Source of the DNA: Lingula anatina | Lineage: Eukaryota; Animalia; Brachiopoda | Reading direction: 5' to 3' | NCBI GenBank assembly: GCA_051362555.1 | Contig: CM120649.1 | Coordinates: 3,534,001 to 3,598,000, forward strand | DNA: 64,000 nt | Part shown: one piece after another, positions 52,660 through 64,000 of the stretch | Position numbering within the stretch: position 1 is the first letter of the stretch | Layout of the letters: every line of letters starts with the position of its first letter | Made by a program: the position numbers and the translations under genes | The notes under the pieces: model-generated | Seen by the model: the letters and a program-made list of their open reading frames with translations, nothing else | Databases searched by the model: none | Told to the model about the DNA's origin: nothing

Positions 52660-55600
52660 GTATTATCCTATAATCAACTTAAAAGGAGAAAAATGGAAGA
52701 GATAGAAAGCTGGATAAGGAACAACTGAGCAATGCGATATGAATCTAGCTTTTAAATTATTTCTGAATCTACCTATGAATCAAACCCACGGTGTATATTG
52801 AATATGTTTCAAATTTCCTTCCAGTGCGGTGGAGAAATACAGCGATGTGCGGGCCACTGGGATCTCAGACGCAGTGGACTATAAAGCTGTACTGGAGTCA
52901 CTGGGTAATTTCCTAGGCATTTTCTGTGGAGCTTTTGCCATTGGGTCCTTCATGGGATGTATTACTGCCTTGATATCCTTGAATATTAACTGTATTGAAG
53001 CTGTAATCTGATGAAAAAGTTGTTCAGTATAAGTATGTTGTTGTATATTTGTAGTTGTTATGTTGAATGATCATTCCTCCTGAGGTATTTCATTTGATTT
53101 ACTTATATTTTAAGGTGAGACAATTATTTTATAAATATACTGTGTGTGCACTTAAAAATTTTTTTTTTATCAGATATTTTTATTTACATTTTAAAAATGA
53201 AAATGTTTATTATTGATTTTTGGATTCTGTGTTATAATAGGCACTGGAAAAAAATGAACACACTGTATACTTGTATTGCACTGTTGAGACTTTTCTGACC
53301 TTTTAGGGTCCTTTGGGCCATTCTTGTGAATTGTGTAAATCCAGTGAATCGTGTAAATCCTACTTTTTCAGTGAGGACTGGTCTAATGCCTGGTATTGGG
53401 ATATATTGAATCGAAGGGATTCTTGTGTCTTTATTTTATAAGTTGCACCACCACCATATTGTTCTGTGTTACTGTGGAAATATTGCAAATTCCAACGTAA
53501 GCCTGGCCATCATCACATGAGTTTTTTCAATTCAACAACCAATGCTGTTCTATTTAATAGAACTGGTATAACCATATTTTGCCATATGTTTTTTTTAATT
53601 TCTGTCCAATCCTTTCTATAACCTGTGAAGTTGAGAACCTCCCTCTTTTTAAGTTGAATTAGATAGTCTGAATTTTCATCTTCATTTTATTTTGCTGTAT
53701 TGTTTGTACATCTTGATTGCATTAAGATATATAAGATAAGTGTTTTTGACATGTTCATCGTCATGGTCTAAGTCCACATTGGAAACAACTCTATATTCTA
53801 TATCAGCTCCTGTCTGTTCGCATGTTATTCTATATTCATTTGTTCTTTCTAAAAAATGTAGGTATTTTCTCTCTAATATTTCATCTGAATCCTTCACTGC
53901 TATTCCTAAACTAATGGCTTGCTCTAAGGACTTTGCAGCTACTGTGACTGTTCTTTTGGCAAGACTCCTTTCCGTATTTTATTTTATCCAAATCCATGTT
54001 GTTGCAAGTGGGCTATCATGTGTTGATTGTGGAAATAGGGCGGACTGTAAATTATTGAATTTTCAGAGTAAGGGAGAAAAAATGATACAATACATGCTAC
54101 ATCCTTGCAAAGAAACCATGTGCACTTGGCCCGACATATCCAATTGCTGAAAAATAGAATTAACACTTCTGATCAGTTTCACTTGCTCTACATAACTGTC
54201 CTCAGAAGAAATTGGTTTAAGAGGACGAATCTCCTCTAAGGCAGTGGACACAGCTAAAGGTATATTGTCATAATAAAGACATAATGCCTCCCACATTTTC
54301 TCATACGCTCCCCGAGACTGTCTGTCTGGTCTGAGTATGGTCTCATTGTAAATGAATGTGACCCATAGTTATATGAGCACTGATGAGACTTTTCCAACTT
54401 TTGTTGGATATGACTTATTGGGAGGTCATTTGGGTCATTCTTGTGAATCGTAACCTACACCCCTGACCAATTTTCCTACTTTTTCAGTGAGGACTGGTCT
54501 CATCCCTGATGAGTGAGGACATTCAGGTGTTACACCCAGTGGCATAGTGAGCAGTTATCAGATCATTTTATTTATCCCAGAACAATATTAGTGTATGAAA
54601 TTTACCTTACAGAATATACACATTTTTATGCTTATACTTGATTAAGTATAATTACACAGTAAAATGAATCTGCCATCAGTTTTCCTTAACCAAGTCCACC
54701 TTACCAAATATACCCAGATCAGGGACTACCCGTTACTGGAGACCACGCTGTTCTTTCTCATGTCTTACAGCACATTCCTGACTGCAGAGTCCCTAAGCCT
54801 TACAGGTCAGTGTGGCTTGGCTGAGATTGTGTTTGGTGTGACAGATCATTGTGATAAGTGAATGTGTCTTTGTTGAGACTGACCTTAAATTTTTAATCTT
54901 CATCTCATTTGATATTTTAAAACCTGGTATGGAATATATACTCATTTTCTGTGTATTTTATAAATTATATTTAATATATAAAAATTGAATAAACCTCTCA
55001 GTTATCTTGTATGCACACTATACTAGTATACTATACACAATTTCATGCGTCAGAACTTTTTTGATTGAGCACATTTTGATGTTTTCCTACAGGAATTGTT
55101 GCTGTGCTATTCTGTGGTATCTGCCAGGCTCACTACACATATAACAATCTGTCCCAGGAGTCCAAAGTCAGAACAAAGCAGGTATGGAAGTCGCCACAAT
55201 ATATGTAGCATACTTGAGCAATTATTTACACTGTCTTTATATTCTCTGAACAGTGCAAGAACATTTCAGGCTGAACTACAACTAGAATTGCATGATAATG
55301 AATAAATTTTCCTTAAAAAAGTTAACTCTGTTATTTGAGAGAAGATGATTTGGTAAATTAATTTAATGTTATTACCTGCAAGATATGCCCACCAGAAGGG
55401 AGAAGGGGTGCTTGAAGTCGACATGCACTCTTACGACTTGAAGTTGACATGCGCTCAGAGTGTATGTCGACTCCAAGCACCCCTTCTCCTTTTAAAAAGA
55501 CTCATGGTTTAGTGCTTACATACCCTTGGCTGTTGAACTTAATGGCTGAAAATGTGGTAGCAAAAGATCTGGTATGTAAATAAAAAAAAAATTCTACTCT

Positions 55601-56732
55601 ACCATTTGTAATGTTTGAAGATGTTTACATAGTAATGTGAAGTAATTAATAAATGGTTGTATTGTTGCAGTTGTTCGAGCTTCTGAACTTCCTGGCAGAG
55701 AACTTTGTATTTATCTACATTGGAGTGGCCATATTTACTTTTAACCGTCACCGCTGGGATCCCGGCTTCATCTTTGCAGCATTGGTATCCTTGATCTAAA
55801 TGTGATGAATTAGAAAAAATAATGTATGAATTATTTATTGAGCATTATTAGACGGGCCCATAGCCAGCAATTTCAAAGGAGGGTTCTTTTTCTTTCTAGG
55901 GGTGAAAGGTTGTTTAGAACATTGTCAGTTTTAAAGGAATAACTTTTTTTCCATAATTGATAAATTTATGTAACTTATTAAAATTGACATTTTGAACTTA
56001 TTTTGCCTTAACATATTTGCACAGCTAGCTATTATTGTTGGCAGAGGCCTCAATGTATATCCTCTTTCATTCCTTTTAAATCTTGGCAGAAAAAATAAAA
56101 TTCCAATGAATTTCCAGCATATGATGATGTTTTCAGGTAAAGATATACATAATTTATTCAGGTAATAAAGATATACATAATTTATTCAGGTAATAAAGAT
56201 ATACATAATTTATGCAGGTAATAAAGATATACATAATTTATTTAACAGTTATGAAAGTGAACATTTTTGTTGATGGAACCTGCTGAAATATTCAGCAGTT
56301 CTGATTAGTGACTGGAAATTGATGAATCACGAAAAAAAGATTACAGTTAATGCTTTATTATTATTATTATTATTAATTTTCATCAATATAATAAATCATG
56401 CCTTATAATATGATACTAATCTTGATTAATACTGCTCATTTACATTTAGGCTTAAGAGGAGCCATAGCATTTGCATTAGCCATCAGAAATACTCTGACCC
56501 CCGCCAGAGAACTGATGTTTACCACCACACTACTTATTGTAATCTTAACTGTGATTTTATGTGGGGGATTTACCACTCAGATGTTGCAGTGGTTACGGAT
56601 AAGGTGAGATGTTTTTCTGAACTATAATCATGACAATAAAACATTTATTTCATTGAGTGGGAATGTAAATAAAAAAGTTCAATTTTATGACCAGTTTTAA
56701 GCCTTTTTATCCCCAGCTGCCCTAGAGATAAT

Positions 56733-56783
<51 letters not shown>

Positions 56784-59283
56784 TATTATGTTTATGTTTA
56801 TGTTGATTTTATTATATATATATATTAAGTGATGTGTAAGAAACTAGGACAGATAATCAAGATATTACAGGTTTTTAAAAATCTATGCATTTTTAATTTG
56901 GCATTTTATTTAACAATTATTGCTTTTCAGGGTTGGTGTGGAGGATGAATCAGAAGCTCAAAATTTCCAGGCAGTAAGGAGTGTGAGTATTATACAGCTT
57001 CCTTTATTTTAATGGTCACACAAGGAGAAATATTTTATGTTTAAATGCTGGCATGGGAATTCATATCATCAGTCAGAATTGGCAATAGGAGTGTCTGGCT
57101 CTGGCATGTATTTGGAGTCAATTCTAATTTATTTATCAATTTTTATCATTTTTTTTTTCATTTTTAGTTATTCACTTATTTATTCTTTAGAAAAACTAGA
57201 CTGCCTTTTAGTGTATAGCTAAAACTGAATGTGCCAGCATGAGCTGAATTAAAAGGACGGCTATATGAAAGCATGAGTATACACATACAATTATCATTTC
57301 AAATTTTGTTCACATTTCCACCCTTTGATGTCACTGTTAAATAGCACCAAACAGTCTTTGTTTTTTTTTTAAATAGCTAGTTTGAAAAAAAATGTGCACA
57401 CATTGTTATGCTGACTGATTTTCAAGTCCAGACATTTTCTGCGTGGCTGGTTTTGGTGGGCATTGGAATAGAAATTAAAATTATCTTACTTTCTATCATC
57501 CTTACCTGAGTTTGTAATGTGGGATATTAGTATATTCTATTTAAAGATATAAATATTCTCAGGTTCACATTTACTTGAGACTGAAAGATGGTCTTAAATC
57601 AGGACTTGGTATATTGGTGTACTGCGATGGGGATCATTTGAGATACCCAAAGTCCCAGGACTTAACAAAATTTCATGATGTCAAAAACAATGGCAGTCTA
57701 GTGTGTGCCATGCAGCAATAAATTAAAGCTGACAGAATTTGTCCACTGTTCTTCTGTTTGCTTTCTGTAGAATTATTAGTCTGTCGCAAAATGGTGAATT
57801 AAATTTAGTGTTTTTTGCTTGTCCTAAGAAATAAGCTCCACTTTACACATATGGCCTGTCCTGTGATGTCACATAGTGTGAACAGTCAGTTTTAGGATAA
57901 TCCCCATACAGATTGAATCTGTAGTGACTGAAGTAAAAAATATAATTATATAATAATATAACTGGCACAGGAGGTAACTGTTGATTTACCCTGGGTCAGA
58001 GAAGATAATTTTTCTTTAAAAGATTAAGACCAAGTGCTTTTGTGAAACAGGCACCAGAATCTTTGAAAAAAATATGCTTTGCTTCTGTGTGCTTCTCTGC
58101 TTTATTCATATAACACTACAATTTTGTTGTCATACTGACTGTATTTGTTTGTATTATCATACTGTTATATTATGCATGCACATTCATTTTGTTCACAAAA
58201 ATTGAAAATGTGGTTTCTCTTAATTAAAAAATGAGTAGCAGTAATCTTTTTAGTATATTCTTTTTCTTAATTTTTCGTACCCAAATTGTCATTATGGAAA
58301 ATTTATAGATACTTGACTGGTGTCCTTTGATTAGTTGACCTTAGATTATGTTGACCTTAATTTTGTTGACCTTGACACACCATCACGCACCTATTATAAT
58401 TACGTCATTTGTGACCTATATTTTATCCTCATCCTGGGTTTCTGCAGGCTATCAATAAACAGAAACGCTATCAGACTATGTCAGATGCACAGTCAAATGG
58501 AGCGTCCAATCAGGGGGGAGATACTGGAGACGCCATAGCAACTGCCAGTGGCCAATCAAATTTGAACATGACTACGGTTTGTTTTTATCACTGTTTTGTT
58601 GATCACTTGTATTGGCTGTCTTTTGTAGTCCTGGTCTTTTTGTGACTGTTTTAGTCTTTGTGTGTGTCTGAATGTTTAATTCTGTACCATAGTCTTTACA
58701 TACTATCTTTAACTTATTAACATCTTCTTGATATGGAATGTCTCCTTTACTGATGCAAAGAAAGCTGCTCTGCAAAATGCTCATCCTCTTTTTTCCCCAA
58801 GCATGGTAATTCTTCTTCAACAGTTCTCTTCTTTTCTGTTTGATTTTTTCCATTTACCATTGTAAAGAATGTTTTAAGATTTGAGGTTGTGACTGTTTCA
58901 CAAAATTTGCCCCAAAGCAGTCAAGAACATAAATGCACTTTTGCTGACTTGGTTTGTGTAGTTGTTGCACTTCCATTCTTTGATATATTCAATCTATATT
59001 TTATTTCAGAAAGATATTTCATGATTTTTAGCTTCTAGATTTTCATTAATTTATGCAATTCCATTATTAATGTTGCCAAAAAACAATAAGTGAATGAGGG
59101 AATAAATAAATAAATAAAATAATTAATTGACTTAAGTTGCAGCTTCTACTATTCTATATTGGTGAAATGTGCCATGTTTACCTGCCAAAATTTTTAGTTG
59201 AAAACTGTGATGGTAATTGTAAATGTTTCAGGATGTCCTGATAAAACTATCTGTCCTATTTGTATTTTGGTGCAAATGCAGTC

Positions 59284-59327
<44 letters not shown>

Positions 59328-61664
59328 GCAGTTATAATAATTATAAAAAAAATTATTTTTTGAAAAATTTAAAACTTTTGTCCACATATGTCTTTAGTCT
59401 TTTTATGATAAAACTTAATATGTAAAAATTTCTCAAGTTCATACCAGGTAGTGTGCTTACCCATTACCTAGATTTTAATCACTATATATGTACTTTGTGT
59501 AATACGTATGTGTAACTTTTCATGGCCTTTGTATGACCTTTAACCTTGACCTGCATATAACCTTGACCTGGCAGTGTTGCATCCTCGTGCCTTCTCATCT
59601 GTCTGTTTGATGTCAGTTGTGGGTTGTTTCTTGTGTATGTCATGTATCTGACCTTTATTGACCTCTGTATGACCTTAGTTTGACCTTTATATGACCTTGA
59701 CTTATGTACATGTAGACCTCACCTGATTTACTTACCACCTGGCTGCATATGAATGTTATCTCATTGTTTGTATAGTCAACTTGTAAATCTAAGGTCTTTG
59801 TATTGTGCTTTTGTATTGAACAGTTTTTATTGTGACATGTAAAATTATTTTGGTAATTGATTCAGTGTTATAAATATTTAAGTTTTACCTCACTTAAGCC
59901 ATTGATCTACGGCATTCTCCTAGGTATGGTAATGAATCTCTTTTCAGTGGGCAACAATAAAAATTGAAAAGAAGTACAGTGTAGCCTGATTTTCAGATAA
60001 GATGCTACCACTCAAAAGGGATATTCTGATTTAAAGAATTTAGGACAGTATCTGTAAAATTCACAATTTTCCTTTTTGAAAAGATTGGGTCATAAATGAA
60101 CTGATTTTTTTTTAGACATTTGGGCAAATCATGGTTATACCAGCAATTTGGCCCACTGAGATTCAAATATTGATTACTGTTGTTCCACTTCCATGGAGTC
60201 AACAGACCTGTACTTATTTTTAATACAGATTCACGTGGCATAATATTTTATTTATTTTATACACTTTTTTTCTGACTGAAATATAATACTCACACATGCT
60301 TAACCAGTTTTCTTTCAATTATTCCTTCAAATTGCACAAATATATTTTGCTTGCCTTCTTTGAAAATATGTTGATTCTTCCATCTTTTGCCAGTTACAAT
60401 CATGTTGACATCATAACACTCCAGTTGGGAAGGTTTAGGAAGGTTTTACTTTGTACCATTCTCTCCTAGAAGCCAATGAAATTTTAATTTTCAAACAGCT
60501 CAAATATTAAGTACAGCACACACACACACACACACCCTGCCCCCTCTCTGACCTCTGAATCAGTCTCAACATTTGTGTTCTCCATGATCATGTTTGTGTT
60601 CTCTGTTTCAGAGTCCCACAGATGCAGCCCCTCCCCCCATGAGAATACAGGAGTCAGAGAAGGCCTGGCTGGTGATGAAGTGGTACAAATTTGACCAAAA
60701 GTGAGGGAGTTTGATCTGTTCGCTCTTAATGATTTTTATTATTGATTTTGTTAAAATAATAGAAATAATAATAATAATTACAATGTTAAAATGAAACTTA
60801 TTATTATTATCATCATCATTAGCAAAATCATAAATAATGTTTGTTTATATTTTTGAAAATTTTTATTGTAACAGTTGTTATTGTTATTGCCTTAAATGTA
60901 TGGCTGACTTTATAATTATTATTATATAAAATCAAAATTGTCTCTTCTTTTTCCTAGATTTATGAAACCTTTACTGACTCATGCACGACCTCCACTCACA
61001 GAAACACTGCCTGCTTGCTGCGGGAGGTTTGCAATGTTCCTGACAACAGAGCAGCAGTTGGCACAGGTAACACATCTCACTGTTAGACCACATTCACAAC
61101 AGTGGATTAATAGATCACATGTGGCAACCCACTAAAAAACTTACTGCTTAACCTTCTAAAAGACGCTCAATTGATTGCAACAAGCATTCAAGTGGGTCAG
61201 CTATATTTGATCCGTGGATTTGTTAGTCGGCTGTTGTGAATTGCTCTTAATGTACTTCATACGTGTAACTAGAGAAATTTCAGGTAAATGGCAATTTGTT
61301 TGAACACAGGAAAAATATGTTACAGTGCTTTTCTTTGTCTCTTGAAGTAAAACTTATACTTTAAAAAGTCAAACGGATGATATATTCATTAAAAAAAAAT
61401 TTGTTCTCAGAACAAGCATAAAGCTGAAAAACTGATTTCAAAAAGTAGATCGTGAAATAGCTTCTAAGTCAAATTATATTGAATTGAAGGTGTTATTTTA
61501 TTCATTTATTAATTTTTTTAAAATATATTTGTTTTTAGGCTGAGCCTGGACGTTCTGATGACAGTGACGAAGATATGATTATAGATGAAAATGAATTGAC
61601 ATACGGCGCAGATAATAACAGCGAAATCCTGGACGGAGAAACAGGAAGGAAGGGAACATTGGAG
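47019..61664 (+). CDS. SLC9A6: Endosomal sodium/hydrogen exchanger, NHE6/7/9 clade (CPA1); 3' end probably beyond the confidently called exons
   Basis: Exons 47019-47238 ([11 protein letters not shown]...[16 protein letters not shown]), 50169-50404, 50724-50801 ([19 protein letters not shown]), 50995-51071, 51231-51358 (LISATDP), 51682-51787 ([14 protein letters not shown]), 52825-52972, 54700-54805, 55093-55181, 55671-55784, 56025-56136, 56450-56603 ([11 protein letters not shown]), 56931-56982, 58448-58576 (candidate cassette), 60612-60700, 60958-61066 ([16 protein letters not shown]), 61539-61664. No stop codon reached. Further candidate exons at 62481-62525 and 63539-63625. Confidence 0.95.
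48250..48312. repeat. (AG)n microsatellite
   Basis: Directly visible. Confidence 0.95.
52973..54699 (+). other. U12-type AT-AC intron of the NHE gene
   Basis: 5' site ATATCCTT, branch point TTCCTTAAC at 54682-54690, terminal CAC. Splicing joins CITAL|LTKYTQI in frame. Confidence 0.93.
53500..54330 (-). mobile_element. Degenerate retroelement coding relic, probably BEL/Pao gag-like
   Basis: Broken frames [52 protein letters not shown]... and [10 protein letters not shown] resemble BEL/Pao gag (DUF1759 region) by recall only. Flanked by ~80-bp direct repeats. Confidence 0.5.
55399..55489. repeat. 33-bp-stem hairpin in NHE intron
   Basis: ggagaaggggtgcttgaagtcgacatgcactct pairs with agagtgtatgtcgactccaagcaccccttctcc. 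Confidence 0.85.
55785..56024 (+). other. U12-type GT-AG intron of the NHE gene
   Basis: 5' site GTATCCTT; branch point GCCTTAAC at 56005-56012, 12 nt before the end of the CAG; no polypyrimidine tract. Confidence 0.9.
56134..56242. repeat. 25-28 bp tandem repeat (4 copies) duplicating a splice donor
   Basis: caggtaa(taa)agatatacataatttat(t/g) x4, starting at the exon 56025-56136 donor. Confidence 0.9.
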
Positions 61665-64000
61665 GTGAGTGTGGAGATGTTCTTTACTCCCAATGTACCA
61701 TCCATTAAGTTCATCCAGTGATATGTTATTTTTCCACATTAAGTCTTAAGATTTTTTACCACTTGATAGATAATATGTGTATTGTGTTGATGTTTTTTAT
61801 GGAGAATTGAAACATTTTTATTAGAAAAAATATAGGTATAATAGTTTAAGTATCAGTCCTTCAATCAGAAACTGATTAAAAAAAGAAAAAGAAAAAAATC
61901 AGGACAGACAGAAGACAGGAATCAAGTGTTGTTGATCACCGGTAAATCTGATGATGCCTTACTGTTGGTGTCATGTTCTGCTTTACCATTGTCATGGTAT
62001 TTAGCATGAGCTAGAACAGATCTTATCTTCATACTTATATTGCCAAATTTTGTGATATTATAATTGACAATAATTGCATGCTGATTTTGATTAGCATGCA
62101 TTGTTAAAGTGACCTTTAAGGTTAATTGCCCTTAGGTATTTTTTTACATTTTATTAACAGCATGCACAAGCATAAGTTTGAGATATGTTTCACATAGTAT
62201 TAATTTAAGAACACTTTTATTTAGGAAGGGATTTAATTTTATTCCAATTTTAACAGGTATTTTGAGGAGTTCAAAATGGGGATTGCACTGAAGAAGTCCT
62301 TTATTATGTGTTAGGTAACTGTCTTAAAGGTTTTGTTATAATTAATATTGTTGATATCAGTTTATTGACACCAGCTGTACTGTGGCATATAGGGTTGTGA
62401 GAACACCATCTAAATATCACATTTGACGCAATGTCTTAATGGGCACAATATCACAACCAAGACACTGTCACTTTTCACAGCTTCACTACCAACACACTGT
62501 CACTCTTGGTGACAACGCCGCGACCGTCAGTGTCACACCATATATTATCATTACATTACAAGTAAAATATTGCTCTAAATATACATGTTAAATTTTGCTA
62601 AAGAGATTAAATGTTTTTCTATATGTGAGGCATGGTGTTTTTGATCCCTCGTCAAAGACCTAGATCACAGGGCTGTTTCATCAATGTGAGCTTTTTTTAC
62701 TAATTTTACGCAAGAAACTATGAAAATCCTTTTTCTATGTGTAAGGCATATACACAAATGAATGCCTTAGCTGTGAAAGATATATGGAAACTGGAAAGTG
62801 GTAAAATTCATTTATATTAGGTTTATTTTGGTTCAGGTTATATTGGCTTGGTTTGTGTTACTTTCATTTTCTCTTTTGGTTTATGTTTTACTTTCTTAAA
62901 AGCTATTTTAATGGGTAAGTTTATAACCTCGGGGATAATATCTAGACTTGGATTTTTGGTTGGTTTTGGCCCCCTTTTCCTTTTGCTGCAGAACTTAAGT
63001 TTTTAATTTCTGTTAATGATGTACAGATAATTGTTTTGTAATTCAAATATTCACAATCCATTGAATTTGAAAATGAAAATAAAATCTAAATGACAGGATA
63101 AAATGTGTGGAAATGATGTAGTTGATTAAGGTCAATTTCTCATGTTTCTCATAAGTTGTAATTTGGATCAAGTGAAAATCTTTTGACTTTTTTTTTTCAA
63201 AATATTCTGTTAGTGAACATTGAAGGCATTATATATGGCATTTTATATAGCTTTGTTCAGACTACATCAGCAGTCAGGCAGTAGAAATATAGTATTGTCA
63301 CTTTAAGCTGATTTTTGGATTTCATGATGTGAACCAAATTTAGAATAATTATAGTAGTTTCTTGATTTTCAAATAATTAAACTCCAGTATTCTCACTATA
63401 ATACACTGGACCAATGAGGTCTTCATCTGAATAATTATAAAGTAATCATGTGAGCTCACCAAATATATAAATATATACACACTGAATAATTTTAATTAAT
63501 TGATTTTTATTATTGAAAAACAATTTCATGTTTCCAAGATGGCGCCGACCTATGGCGACACTCCTTTGAGAGCTTATCTTATCAAACTTTCCAGTGTCTC
63601 AAAAGACCCTACCCTTCATCAGGGTGTGAGGATTGAAAGAGATACTGAAATGTTGGGGCAAAAAAAAAAAAAAAAAAAAAAAAAAAGTTGCCTTAAGAAA
63701 TTAATATTATAATTAAAAAAATTATAATATTATAATTCTTCATATGTAACATCAGTGATGGAATTCTTCACTGAATGATATGAGTTCATCACGCATGATA
63801 CAGTTACTTTTTTCTGTCCCATGATCTATTATATCTATCAGTTATATAAAAATACAAGATGATTACTTGGTTTAACATTTCCTGGCCTTGAGATGACCTC
63901 TGACTGATAAAGTTCTAATTATTGGTAATGTTTGAGCAGTGTAAGTGGAGTTTTCATGCTGCACTGGTACATAATAATAATTAATTTTTTTTCCTTTGAA

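Noticed and set aside
63534-63550. YY1-like CAAGATGGCG as the start of a new gene
   Set aside because: Equally explained as an acceptor plus a candidate NHE exon; no further support inside the window.

Overview
AT-rich, intron-rich animal genomic DNA; a lophotrochozoan such as a mollusc is inferred from the repeat types. Exon and intron positions were read by eye from splice signals. Three spliced genes are present. (1) A GT7-family beta-1,4-GalNAc/Gal-transferase (bre-4-like) on the minus strand, 4433-9738. (2) PINCH/LIMS, a five-LIM adaptor, on the minus strand, 18955-46676. (3) An endosomal Na+/H+ exchanger (NHE6/7-type) on the plus strand from 47019, head-to-head with PINCH and probably running past the window end. 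The most striking structure is the 5' half of PINCH. At least five candidate alternative first coding exons, all phase 2, can join either of two paralogous exons for the first zinc finger of LIM1. A possible decayed third copy lies nearby, and tandem repeats abut both LIM1 exons; one array duplicates the splice acceptor itself. The NHE gene carries two minor-spliceosome (U12) introns, one AT-AC and one GT-AG. Mobile DNA includes an intron-containing, DDE-deleted Ginger1 transposon with a CCGG target-site duplication (TSD), a Helentron/HINE-like element carrying a ~146-bp AGGTCA-rich satellite, three palindromic Tourist-like MITEs, hAT-like MITEs and a probable BEL/Pao gag relic. Most ORFs in the supplied track are non-coding noise.
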